Positions 54,604-63,651 of a DNA stretch of 64,000 bases are shown here, piece after piece. Position 1 is the stretch's first letter. Each line of letters starts with the position of its first letter. Source of the stretch: Clostridiales bacterium (lineage in GTDB: Bacteria; Bacillota; Clostridia; Peptostreptococcales; Anaerovoracaceae); the NCBI GenBank assembly GCA_009776955.1, contig WRMW01000002.1, forward strand, positions 187,154 through 251,153, in the 5' to 3' direction. Under the pieces are notes generated by a model. The model was given only the letters and a program-made list of their open reading frames with translations. It did no database searches and was not told the DNA's origin. Made by a program: the position numbers and the translations under genes.

Positions 54604-55998
54604 TTACATGCTGCCGAGATCTGGGGATTTCAGTTTGATGGGCTTGCAGGCCACGAATTTGCCGGCGCCTTTGCTGCCGTAGAACTTGCCGTCCTTGAAG
54701 ATGAGTTTGCCGCGGCTCCATGTCTGCACAGGGTAGCCCTTTAGGCTGACGCCCTCCCATATCGTGTGGTCGAGAGCGCCGTGCATGTCCTTGTTGGCGA
54801 TCGTGACCCTCTTGCTCTTGTCGTATACCACGATATCGGCTTCGCGACCGACTTCGATGGCGCCCTTCTTGTGGTCGAGCCCGAAGATCTTTGCGACGTT
54901 GGTGGAGCAGACCTCGACGGCCTTGCTGAACGTGATGCGTCCCTTGTTTGCCTCGCTGAGCATATATGGGTACATGTTCTCGATGCCCGCACAGCCGTTG
55001 GGGATCTTGCGGAAGTCCTTCGCGCCCCATTTCTTTTCGCTCTTGAGGAATGGGCAGTGGTCGGTCGCCACGACTTGCACGTCGCCGTCGGTAATGCCGT
55101 CCCAAAGCGCCACTTGGGAGTCCTTGCCCTTTATCGGGGGCGAGCATACGAAGTTGAGACCGTCGGGCCGCTTGTAGACTTCCTTGGTGAAGTTGAGGTA
55201 TTGTGGGCAGGTCTCCGCAAATATGGGATAGCCTTCGGCACGTGCCGCTTTGACGGCGTCCATGCCCTGTTTGTTGGCGAGGTGCACGATATAGAGCGGG
55301 GCGCCAGTGGCCTTCGCCCACTGAATGGCGCGTTCGTCAGCTTCGCCTTCGACAAATTCGGGGCGCGACATATAGTGATACCAAGCGGAGGTCTTTTTTT
55401 CATTTATATATTTGTTTGTAAGGTAGGTGACGAGGTCGCTGTTTTCGGCGTGTACCGCGATAAGGGCGCCGATATGCTTGCTATGCTCGAGCACCTGGTA
55501 GAAAACGCCGTCCGAGACGCCAAAGTCGTAGACCATAAAGACCTTGTAGCTGGGCACGCCCATCTTCACCGCGTCCTCCATTGTGTAGAGAAGCTTGTTC
55601 TCTATGTCTTTTACCGCCAGGTGGAAACTGTAGTCGACGACGGCCTGTGGAGCCGCGATGACGTCGCGCCGCTTGATGGCGTCCGGGAAAGTTTCGCCGA
55701 AGTCTTGCAGGATAAAGTCAAACACGGTCGTGGTGCCTCCAGCTGCCGCCGAGCGCGTGCCGGTTTCATAGTCGTCCGATGAAATGGTGCCGCCGAACGG
55801 CATCGCCAGATGCGTATGGGCATCGATGGCTCCGGGCAGGACGAGCTTGCCTTTGCAGTCGATTACTTGGGTTTTCGTGTCGGGCTTGATGCCGATGCCA
55901 ATCTGCGAAATTTTTTCGCCGGTGACTGCAACATCCGCTTTGTACATACTGAAGTCTGTAACGATGGTGCCGTTTTTGAATAGAACATCGATAGCCAT
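54604..55998 (-). CDS. Dihydropyrimidinase / D-hydantoinase
   Basis: DAHTHL motif, the carbamylated-Lys context SYKVFM, and the VHAEN and ATDHCPF motifs. RBS AAAGGAGAA precedes ATG 55998. The track ORF extension to 56085 was rejected. Confidence 0.88.
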   Translation of the reverse strand: MAIDVLFKNGTIVTDFSMYKADVAVTGEKISQIGIGIKPDTKTQVIDCKGKLVLPGAIDAHTHLAMPFGGTISSDDYETGTRSAAAGGTTTVFDFILQDFGETFPDAIKRRDVIAAPQAVVDYSFHLAVKDIENKLLYTMEDAVKMGVPSYKVFMVYDFGVSDGVFYQVLEHSKHIGALIAVHAENSDLVTYLTNKYINEKKTSAWYHYMSRPEFVEGEADERAIQWAKATGAPLYIVHLANKQGMDAVKAARAEGYPIFAETCPQYLNFTKEVYKRPDGLNFVCSPPIKGKDSQVALWDGITDGDVQVVATDHCPFLKSEKKWGAKDFRKIPNGCAGIENMYPYMLSEANKGRITFSKAVEVCSTNVAKIFGLDHKKGAIEVGREADIVVYDKSKRVTIANKDMHGALDHTIWEGVSLKGYPVQTWSRGKLIFKDGKFYGSKGAGKFVACKPIKLKSPDLGSM

Positions 55999-56066
55999 GG
56001 TCTTTCTCCTTTCAGGATTGGAATACACAACGTTTGGGGATAGTATACCACATACCCAGGACTGTC

Positions 56067-56924
56067 TTAGCTGAAAATTGTGCATAGGGCTGTTTTAATT
56101 TCCGGTTCGGAAGCCAGGCTACGGCAGGCATATTCGGCTGAGTAAACGGTTTCGGCGGGGATGGCCGGGATTGATATATAGCTTTTGGCCCCGGTGAAGC
56201 GGGTCGCTTCTCGCAGGTTGACGCCGGCGTTGAGCTTGTTGAACGCATATATGGCGGGCAGTCCGGCGGTCTCTGCGGCTCGGCAGACCTCGGTTGCGGG
56301 GACGGCGGCGAGCAGGCGGGAGGGCAGGGGGTCGAAGATGCAGACGATGCGGTCGAGGTCGGCAAGCAGCGCCAAAAGCGTATCACGCCCGGCTGCATCC
56401 TGCCCGCCGCTTCGCAGAAAACCCTGTGCGGAAATGTCGCATACGATGATATCGCCAGGCACATTGTTAAGAAGCCTGATTAGGGCTGCGGCAGAAGGGG
56501 CGGAATCAGGCTCGCCGGGGACGCGTAGCACCCAGCCTATGCCCCCGTCCATATTGTTAACACCGTGCAAAGGCTTTCCTTCGGCAGCGAGTCTGTAGTG
56601 CGATATAAAGCCGCGGCCTGCGAAACGGCGGTCGATGCCTATTTTGTCGTACGGCCTGCCAGCAGGGGCATCCGCTCCTGGATTGAGTTCGAGAAAAGTG
56701 ACGGTGCGTGTTCTCTTGGAGAGGGCGGCCAGATATTCTGCCGCTGCGAACGCCATAGTGGTGGCGCCTGCCCCGGCCGACAGCCCGACGAAGCCGATTC
56801 TGCTCCTGCCGCTTGAGCCGGGGCGGGCGGGGCGTCCGTTGTCCGCTGGTTTCATAGCCTCGTGCGTATGACGCCTCCCTATTGCCGCAATTTTTTCATT
56901 TGTCATTTTCATAAATTTGTGCAT
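56067..56924 (-). CDS. Hypothetical ParA/MinD-like (SIMIBI) protein with a degenerate Walker A
   Basis: IGFVGLSAGAGATTMAFAAA aligns with the deviant Walker A xKGGxGKTT, but both lysines are replaced (S49, A54). A Walker-B-like DIIVCD follows. No clear RBS, so the start is uncertain. Confidence 0.5.
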   Translation of the reverse strand: MHKFMKMTNEKIAAIGRRHTHEAMKPADNGRPARPGSSGRSRIGFVGLSAGAGATTMAFAAAEYLAALSKRTRTVTFLELNPGADAPAGRPYDKIGIDRRFAGRGFISHYRLAAEGKPLHGVNNMDGGIGWVLRVPGEPDSAPSAAALIRLLNNVPGDIIVCDISAQGFLRSGGQDAAGRDTLLALLADLDRIVCIFDPLPSRLLAAVPATEVCRAAETAGLPAIYAFNKLNAGVNLREATRFTGAKSYISIPAIPAETVYSAEYACRSLASEPEIKTALCTIFS

Positions 56925-56958
56925 TTTGTTATTGTTTGCAATATTGTTGTTGCCCCCC

Positions 56959-56985
56959 TTGACGCGGGGGTGCTTGTGTTATAAT
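56959..56985 (+). promoter_or_regulatory. Strong-looking promoter (TTGACG, 15-nt spacer, extended -10 TGtTATAAT)
   Basis: TTGACG at 56959-56964 and TGTTATAAT at 56977-56985. Confidence 0.55.
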
Positions 56986-56991
56986 GAATGC

Positions 56992-57085
56992 ATGGGACGG
57001 CTCGCCGGTTGGACGGCGGGCAACCCCTTCTAACTGTTAAAAGTGTAGAGATCGCCGCCCTCTAACTGGGGCGGCTATTTCTTTT
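56992..57085 (+). ncRNA. Candidate ~95-nt small RNA or orphan leader, defined by a promoter plus an intrinsic terminator
   Basis: It lies between the promoter above and the terminator at 57054-57085. It contains GGACGG twice and CTAACTG twice. I recognise no matching RNA family. Confidence 0.3.
57054..57085 (+). terminator. Rho-independent terminator
   Basis: GCCGCCC-tctaactg-GGGCGGC followed by TATTTCTTTT. Confidence 0.7.
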
Positions 57086-57212
57086 GCCGGATGTACATAA
57101 GCCAAGTCAGCCACAAAGCGACAAAAGCAAATAGCGTCTGGACGATGGCAAAGAAAAAAGTTTTTTTGTTTGCAGCCGTCCCGTGAACACCCGTTGACTT
57201 GCCAGGTGTCAC
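57075..57212 (-). CDS. Possible 45-aa single-TM small protein (below the ORF-track cutoff)
   Basis: Translation from the GTG start: VTPGKSTGVHGTAANKKTFFFAIVQTLFAFVALWLTWLMYIRQKK*. This is a hydrophobic helix flanked by Lys/Arg residues. No convincing RBS. Confidence 0.25.
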   Translation of the reverse strand: MTPGKSTGVHGTAANKKTFFFAIVQTLFAFVALWLTWLMYIRQKK

Positions 57213-57382
57213 AGAGACGGTACCATGAAATTAATTACTTGTCAACCATTAAATTCCATAAAATAATAAAAAATACATATTCCGTTGGTAAGTAAAACGT
57301 AATGCGAGCGTAATTCATATTGCAAAGCATAAAGGTATAATAATGGCGTATGCGCAAGGCATTGCGCTGAGGCAATGAAGAA

Positions 57383-58111
57383 ATGATTGAATATAAGAAT
57401 GTAAGCAAGAAATACGGAAAGAACATCGGCGTGGAGGACATATCCCTGCGCATCGATGGCGGCGAGTTTGTGTTCCTCGTCGGGCCTTCAGGCGCGGGTA
57501 AATCCACGTTTGTGAAGCTGCTTCTTAAAATGGTGGATGCCGACAGGGGGAGCATCATGTATAATGGCTACGACGTCACGAAGCTAAGACCGCGCACGAT
57601 ACCTGGGCACAGGCGTAGCATGGGCATCGTGTTCCAGGATTTCAGCTTGCTGCCCAAGAAGACGGTTTTCGAAAACATAGCGTTTGCGATGGAGATTGTG
57701 CAGAAGCCCAGAAACACCATAATGAAGCAAGTCCCCATGATGCTTGACATCGTGGGCCTCAGAGAGGAAGCGAAAAAGTATCCGCAGGAGCTTTCAATAG
57801 GGGAGCAGCAGCGCGTCGCCATCGCGCGTTCCATTATCAACAACCCGGGCGTCCTTATCGCGGACGAGCCGACAGGCAATCTCGACCCGGACACAGGCTG
57901 GGAGATAATGCGCCTGCTTGAGCAGATAAACCGGCGCGGCACCACCGTGCTTATGGTTACGCACAGCCGCGAGATAGTCAATGCCATGAACAAGCGCGTC
58001 ATAGCCATAAGGGACGGGCGCTTGGTGCGTGATGAGCGCGGTGGCCTATATCATCCTGAATACGATGACGAGCCTGAGCAGCCAAAACCAGAGGGGGCAC
58101 TGCCGTTATGA
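57383..58111 (+). CDS. ftsE: Cell division ATP-binding protein FtsE
   Basis: MIEYKNVSKKY..., Walker A GPSGAGKST, signature LSIGEQQR and Walker B LIADEPTGNLD. Confidence 0.93.
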   Translation: MIEYKNVSKKYGKNIGVEDISLRIDGGEFVFLVGPSGAGKSTFVKLLLKMVDADRGSIMYNGYDVTKLRPRTIPGHRRSMGIVFQDFSLLPKKTVFENIAFAMEIVQKPRNTIMKQVPMMLDIVGLREEAKKYPQELSIGEQQRVAIARSIINNPGVLIADEPTGNLDPDTGWEIMRLLEQINRRGTTVLMVTHSREIVNAMNKRVIAIRDGRLVRDERGGLYHPEYDDEPEQPKPEGALPL

Positions 58112-58998
58112 GTACAGTAAGGGCTATTCTCAGACAGGCGTTCGCGCAGATGAACCGCAACAAGATGATGGCGGCGGCTTCACTCTTTTCAATCGCGGCT
58201 ATATTGCTCGTGCTCGGCATATTTCTGATCATTGTTGTGAATATCAACGCAATGGCACGGGATGTCCAGGACAATTTCGACCAGGTGCAGATAAATCTCT
58301 TTGACGCTGTGTCGCCGGTCGAGAGCCAAGAGATGATGGATGAGATCGGCTTGATGCCCGGCGTGGCCAGCACGGAATATCAGACGCGTGAGGCCGCGCT
58401 CGAAAGCTGGAAGGTAAGGTGGGGCGAGAACGCAGACCTACTCGACCGCATGCCCACAAACCCGCTCCCCAACTCCATTATTATTACCCTTGCCGACATC
58501 GAATACGCAGAAGGCGTTGTAGAGAGCGTCAACGCGATGATAGGGGTAGAAAGCATCAATTATTCGCAGGATACCGTTGACCAATTGCTACATCTGGCAC
58601 GTGTCGTCCAGATAGTTTCGCTTATTGTTATACTCGTTCTCGTCGTGATTTCAATCACGGTCGTATCCAACACGATCAAGCTGACAGTGCTTGCGCGCGA
58701 GCGTGAAATTGTCATTATGCGCTATATTGGCGCCACAAACTGGTATATCCGCGGCCCGTTTTTGCTGGAGGGCATAGCAATAGGCATTATTGCGGCCGTT
58801 ATTAGCTCGGTCGCGATCGGCTTCATATATTATTACGCGATTGAGAATCTTGGGCACGATCTCGCCATGTTTATGCCGATGGGCTTCGTGCCGCTGCGCT
58901 TCGTGGTCGAAAACCTGGCCATCATCTTCGTGGCGCTCGGGGTCAGCATAGGCGCCTGCGGCTCGATTATCTCGATGCGCAGATTCTTGGAGCGCTAG
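58108..58998 (+). CDS. ftsX: Cell division permease-like protein FtsX
   Basis: One TM segment, an extracellular domain, then three TM segments, with the FtsX-like motif RREIVIMRYIGAT. The ATGA overlaps the ftsE stop. Confidence 0.9.
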   Translation: MSTVRAILRQAFAQMNRNKMMAAASLFSIAAILLVLGIFLIIVVNINAMARDVQDNFDQVQINLFDAVSPVESQEMMDEIGLMPGVASTEYQTREAALESWKVRWGENADLLDRMPTNPLPNSIIITLADIEYAEGVVESVNAMIGVESINYSQDTVDQLLHLARVVQIVSLIVILVLVVISITVVSNTIKLTVLAREREIVIMRYIGATNWYIRGPFLLEGIAIGIIAAVISSVAIGFIYYYAIENLGHDLAMFMPMGFVPLRFVVENLAIIFVALGVSIGACGSIISMRRFLER

Positions 58999-59064
58999 GG
59001 GCATACAAGAGCCGCAACGGAATCGTTATTGTGGAGTAATCGTGATAGATACGGGGAAGATACA

Positions 59065-60333
59065 ATGAAAAGAATTTTTTCGATAAGGAATAGGGTAAGC
59101 GTAAAGGGCTTGGCATTAGCGCTCTCGGTTTTGCTGGCACTGTCCGCATGCATCGCGTTGCCAGGCGCCTATGCCGTGGAGGAGGGCGGATCCGGTGAGG
59201 CAGGGCAGGAGGAAAACGGCGCTGCGGACACCAGCACCAACACCAACACAGGCAACAATGGCAACAACAACGCTTCTGCGATTACGGACATCCAAAACAG
59301 TCTCGTAGACATCAAGGACGAGCTCAAGGATGCAAAGGACGAGTTGGACAGGGCTGTCGCAGAGATAAAGTCGCTCAATGCGAGGATTGCGGAGCTTGAG
59401 GCGCAGATAGAGGAGACGGAGGCGGAAATAGAGTATATCCAAGGGGAGATAGTCATAGCGAACGGCATATTGTTCGAGATACAGGAGCGGATCGTATACC
59501 TCGACAGAGAGATTTTCGACCAAAACAGCGCGCTCAACAAAAGGCTTCGCCTTATGTACACGACGGGCGACCAGAGCATGTTGGCCGTATTGCTCAGTTC
59601 AGATTCGTTTATCGATTTTCTGACAAATATCGAGATGGTTCGGAAGATACATGAGAGCGATGTGGCATTTCTGATAGAGCTTGAGGCGATGCTCGACGAA
59701 GTGGAGCAGAAGAAGGTCGAAGCACAGAAGATCGAGGAGGATCTGAGGCTTCAGAGGGCCATACTCAATGAAAGAAAGGCTGAGCTTGAAGTGGACAGAG
59801 AGGCGCTTGCCGTGGCAAGAAACCGTGTGCGCGCGATCCGTGACGAGTGGCAAAGAAAGATCGATGAGCTGGAGAAGGAGTCGAAGCGGCTCGAACGCGA
59901 GCTTGTAAGCCTGACGAGCCAGTGGGGCGACTATGCTGGCGGTGCCATGGCATGGCCGGTGCTAGGCACGGTCACATCTGAGTTTGGCAACCGCATACAT
60001 CCGATTACAGGGCGTTGGGCGATGCACACAGGAATCGACATAGCCGCACGATCCGGAACGCCTATACATGCTGCCGCGGACGGCCTTGTATATTTCTCGG
60101 GTTGGAACAGCGGTGGCTACGGCAACCTTATAATAGTTGACAACGGCTCGGGCATATTCACTCTTTACGCGCACAATTCGGCAAACCTTGTTTCCAAAGG
60201 GGATGTCGTTCACCGCGGGAATGTCATAGGGCTTGTGGGCTCGACGGGCAACAGCACGGGCCCTCACATACACTTTGAGGTTCGCGTGAACGGTGTGCCG
60301 CAGAACCCGCGCGGTTGGCTCGGTGCAAGGTAG
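59065..60333 (+). CDS. Secreted coiled-coil M23 peptidase (EnvC/PcsB-like FtsEX partner candidate) with intact catalytic motifs
   Basis: Signal peptide and a long heptad coiled coil. M23 motifs HTGIDI and HIHFEV are intact. It lies immediately downstream of ftsEX. Confidence 0.85.
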   Translation: MKRIFSIRNRVSVKGLALALSVLLALSACIALPGAYAVEEGGSGEAGQEENGAADTSTNTNTGNNGNNNASAITDIQNSLVDIKDELKDAKDELDRAVAEIKSLNARIAELEAQIEETEAEIEYIQGEIVIANGILFEIQERIVYLDREIFDQNSALNKRLRLMYTTGDQSMLAVLLSSDSFIDFLTNIEMVRKIHESDVAFLIELEAMLDEVEQKKVEAQKIEEDLRLQRAILNERKAELEVDREALAVARNRVRAIRDEWQRKIDELEKESKRLERELVSLTSQWGDYAGGAMAWPVLGTVTSEFGNRIHPITGRWAMHTGIDIAARSGTPIHAAADGLVYFSGWNSGGYGNLIIVDNGSGIFTLYAHNSANLVSKGDVVHRGNVIGLVGSTGNSTGPHIHFEVRVNGVPQNPRGWLGAR

Positions 60334-60372
60334 CACGGGATATTTCGGAACAATACGGAATAGTATAGAGAG

Positions 60373-62106
60373 TTGCATCCTGATGAAATAGTGAGAAAAA
60401 TACTGGAGGGCCGCGGAATCGCCTCGGAAGAGGACATCCGTGAGTTCCTTTCGGAAAAACCCAAGTTGGCACATGATCCGTTCCTGCTTCCTGATGCGGA
60501 AGCGGGCGCGGATTTTTTGATAGGGGCGCTGTCGCGGGGCGACCGCATTTGCGTTTACGGCGATTATGACGTCGACGGCATTTGCGGCACGGCGATGCTC
60601 GTTCTGTTTTTCAGGGAGGCGGCTCGTGCGTTCGGCGTTGAGCCTTCGGTCACGTACTATATCCCATCTCGCATTGAGGAAGGCTATGGGCTGAACAATG
60701 CCGCCCTGCTCGCTGTGCGGGAGGAAGGGGCGGACGTCGTGGTTACCGTGGACTGCGGGAGCGTGAGCGCGGTGGAGGCGGCGTATGCGAAGGAAATAGG
60801 GCTGGAAATGGTGATAACCGACCATCACGACCCGGATATGGGGAGTCTGCCAGATTGTCTGCATATAAATCCTAAGCTAAAGGGAGCGGCTGGCGAGACG
60901 TATCCGTTTGAAAGGCTGTCCGGCTCCGGGGTCGCGTTCAAGCTTTGCGGGGCCATCGTGGGGAGGCTTGAGGCGAGAGGGGCTTTGGGCGATGCGCTGA
61001 CGACTGGCGGCGTGTCCACCCTGCGTAGCGCGCTGCGTTCGTTCGTCGACCTTGCCTGCGTTGCGACCATAGCCGATGTGATGCCGCTTGTGGACGAAAA
61101 CCGCACTCTTGTGAAGTACGGCCTTTCGATGCTAGGGCGGGGGTCAAGGCCTGCGTTTCGTGAGCTGCTTATGGCTGCGGACATAGACCCTGCCAGATTG
61201 AACGTCCGCGATGTGGCGTTTGGCATCGCGCCGCGCCTCAATGCGCTCGGGCGTCTGGGCGACGCTTCGGAGGGCGTCGAGTTTTTCTTGACCGAGGATG
61301 CGGAAAAGATGCGTGAGCTCGCCGTACGCATGGATATGATGAATACGGAGCGCCGGCGCATACAAGACGAGTGCTTGGATGCCTGCATGGCGATTTATGA
61401 GACAGGGCTCGATGGGGCGGGTGAGTCACGCCATAGGTTTTTGCTGCTTCGCCCTGAGAGCGCGCACGAGGGCGTGGCGGGCATCGTCGCGGGCAAGGTG
61501 CGCGAGGAGACGGGATGGCCGTGCGCGGTGCTGACGGAGAGCGGCGACCGCAGCGAGGAAGGAGGCTTCTTTTTGAAGGGGAGCGCGCGCAGCAGCGGCA
61601 GGCTAGACCTTATCGGGCTGCTTAGGCAGCACGCAGGGATGTTTGAGCGGCTCGGCGGCCATGCGGCGGCAGCGGGGTTTTTGATCAAAGCAGATAATGA
61701 GGGACCGCTTAGGGAGGCGCTTTCAGGAGAGCTTGACAGCCTGCTTGCGAAAGACCCAGATTTGCTCGACTGCAAGGAGAATCCCGAACTTGAGATAAAA
61801 TCTTGTGACATAGGGTTGCCGTTGGCAGAGGCCATAGAGGAGCTTGCGCCTTTTGGGGCGGGCAATCAGAAGCCGCTGCTTTCCTTGGCAGTGCCATCTG
61901 CAGAGATTTCGAACGTACGTTCGATAGGGCGGGGCGGGAAGCACGTGCGGTTTACGGCGGGCGGCATTTCCTGCGTGTTCTTCGGCGGGGGCAAGACGGT
62001 CTTTCCCGAGGACGGCATGGTCCGGATCGTCGGCTGCCCTGAGGCAAACGAATGGGGCGGCAGGCGGAGCGTTCAGCTTGCCGTAACATATGTTGATATG
62101 CTATGA
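60373..62106 (+). CDS. recJ: Single-stranded-DNA-specific exonuclease RecJ
   Basis: DHH motifs (GDYDVDG, DCG, TDHH) and DHHA1 (GGHAAAAG). TTG start. Confidence 0.9.
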   Translation: MHPDEIVRKILEGRGIASEEDIREFLSEKPKLAHDPFLLPDAEAGADFLIGALSRGDRICVYGDYDVDGICGTAMLVLFFREAARAFGVEPSVTYYIPSRIEEGYGLNNAALLAVREEGADVVVTVDCGSVSAVEAAYAKEIGLEMVITDHHDPDMGSLPDCLHINPKLKGAAGETYPFERLSGSGVAFKLCGAIVGRLEARGALGDALTTGGVSTLRSALRSFVDLACVATIADVMPLVDENRTLVKYGLSMLGRGSRPAFRELLMAADIDPARLNVRDVAFGIAPRLNALGRLGDASEGVEFFLTEDAEKMRELAVRMDMMNTERRRIQDECLDACMAIYETGLDGAGESRHRFLLLRPESAHEGVAGIVAGKVREETGWPCAVLTESGDRSEEGGFFLKGSARSSGRLDLIGLLRQHAGMFERLGGHAAAAGFLIKADNEGPLREALSGELDSLLAKDPDLLDCKENPELEIKSCDIGLPLAEAIEELAPFGAGNQKPLLSLAVPSAEISNVRSIGRGGKHVRFTAGGISCVFFGGGKTVFPEDGMVRIVGCPEANEWGGRRSVQLAVTYVDML

Positions 62107-62118
62107 TACATAGTTGCT

Positions 62119-62808
62119 ATGATAGGCGAGAAAAAAGGACGTTTATTTGTTGTGTCAGGACCCTCCGGGGCGGGCAAGAGCGCCATTTGCGCAGGGTTGG
62201 CAGAAGGCAGGGATGTCGTGCTTTCGGTGTCTATGACCACGCGCCCCCCAAGGGGGCATGAGGTGCAGGGCAAAAACTATTACTTTGTGGACAGGGAGAC
62301 GTTCGGCAAGGTCATAGACAATGGCGGCTTTCTTGAATATGCGGAGGTCTACGGCGAATGCTACGGGACCCCAAGGAAGCCTGTGGCCGAGCAGCTTGAA
62401 AAAGGCAAGAGCGTGATTCTTGAAATAGACGTGAATGGCGCCATGCAGATACGTGAAAATGCGCCAGACGCTGTCTTGGTATTCATTATGCCACCGTCTG
62501 CGGATGAGTTGCGGAGGCGCATTGAGGATCGCGGCACGGAAACACCTGAGCGTATAGCGCACCGCCTTGAGCAGGCAGAGAGCGAGATTTCGCAATTGGA
62601 GAAATACGATTATTGCGTGGTCAATGACGATCTGAAAAGGGCGACAAAAGACGTGCTCACAATAATGCACGCACAGAGGCAATTGGGCGCGGCCCCGTGG
62701 GAAGGCATGCTGGGGCTTTGGGATACCGGCGTGGTTCGCCAGATCGAGAAGCTGCTGGTCGGCGACAATGCTGAAAAAATTATTGGACGTTATCATAAAG
62801 AGACATAA
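62119..62808 (+). CDS. gmk: Guanylate kinase with a ~30-aa C-terminal extension
   Basis: GPSGAGKS P-loop, TTR.PR..E..G..Y.F motif, and the usual gmk-rpoZ synteny. Confidence 0.92.
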   Translation: MIGEKKGRLFVVSGPSGAGKSAICAGLAEGRDVVLSVSMTTRPPRGHEVQGKNYYFVDRETFGKVIDNGGFLEYAEVYGECYGTPRKPVAEQLEKGKSVILEIDVNGAMQIRENAPDAVLVFIMPPSADELRRRIEDRGTETPERIAHRLEQAESEISQLEKYDYCVVNDDLKRATKDVLTIMHAQRQLGAAPWEGMLGLWDTGVVRQIEKLLVGDNAEKIIGRYHKET

Positions 62809-62819
62809 AGGAGGCAGCC

Positions 62820-63056
62820 ATGTTACTTCACCCGCCAATCGACGAGATAAAGCAAAAGGCAGACAGCCGTTATACCTTGGTAATAATGGCTTCAAAACGT
62901 GCGCGCGACCTTGTTGCAGGCAAGCCGGCGTTTGTCGAGATAGAGAACAATGTGCCGATTTCGATTGCCGCAGAGGAGATTGCGAGGGACGAGATTGGCT
63001 ACAGGCGGCCTGTGCCCGAGCCTGAGCCGGAGCTTGATTCGGCCGAGGCGGTTTGA
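62820..63056 (+). CDS. rpoZ: DNA-directed RNA polymerase subunit omega
   Basis: SRYTLVIMASKRARDL motif. 78 aa, downstream of gmk. Confidence 0.9.
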   Translation: MLLHPPIDEIKQKADSRYTLVIMASKRARDLVAGKPAFVEIENNVPISIAAEEIARDEIGYRRPVPEPEPELDSAEAV

Positions 63057-63637
63057 GGCTGTACCACTATCCAGAAGGGGACAGTCGGGCGTTTTGCGAA
63101 GCGCTGGCCGATTATTTTGGGGTGTCTGGGCGGAATGTGCCGGCATCCCTCGCTTCCGGCGGGTCGCCTGAGACACGCAAGGGGGCATATGGCAAGCCGT
63201 ATTTTTCGGAGCCTGAATACGAGGGGCTGTTCTTCTCCCTGTCGCATACGCGAGGACGTGTCGCGGTGGGTTTTTCGGACGGCGAGCTAGGCGTGGACTG
63301 CGAGAATATAGAGGCACGGCCAGGGATCGAGTCAAGGTACGAGGGGATCGCGCGGCGGTGCTTCACCGATGATGAACGTGCGTATGTGGATGGCAAGGCC
63401 GCCGGGTCGCTGGACGCCGTGGGGCGGTTTTTTGAAATATGGACGGCGAAGGAAGCGTATATGAAATATACGGGCAGGGGGTTTTCCGAGGGGTGGAGAA
63501 GCTTTTCGGTGTTTGGCCTGCCGGGGGTGCGTATAGAGACGAGCAGGATTGAGGGGGCGGAGCATGTGGTGTGCTCGGTGTGTACGCAAGGGGCTGACGT
63601 TCGGGAAGGGCGTAACGGAGGCAGGACGTATGAGTGA
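63053..63637 (+). CDS. 4'-phosphopantetheinyl transferase (Sfp type)
   Basis: FSLSHT, GVDCE and WTAKEAYMK motifs. The TTG start overlaps the rpoZ stop (TTGA). Confidence 0.85.
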   Translation: MRLYHYPEGDSRAFCEALADYFGVSGRNVPASLASGGSPETRKGAYGKPYFSEPEYEGLFFSLSHTRGRVAVGFSDGELGVDCENIEARPGIESRYEGIARRCFTDDERAYVDGKAAGSLDAVGRFFEIWTAKEAYMKYTGRGFSEGWRSFSVFGLPGVRIETSRIEGAEHVVCSVCTQGADVREGRNGGRTYE

Positions 63638-63651
63638 GGTCGACAGATCGC

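Noticed and set aside
54599-55321. 240-aa Arg/Gln/Gly-rich ORF on the minus strand, in an alternative frame within the hydantoinase gene.
   Set aside because: It is on the same strand but out of frame with a well-supported enzyme gene. The sequence is low-complexity and there is no RBS.
56984-57063. Short peptides (18 or 24 aa) readable from ATG 56984 or ATG 56988 inside the candidate sRNA.
   Set aside because: The start codons overlap or abut the -10 box, there is no RBS, and the peptides show no recognisable features. They were kept only as an alternative explanation under the sRNA finding.
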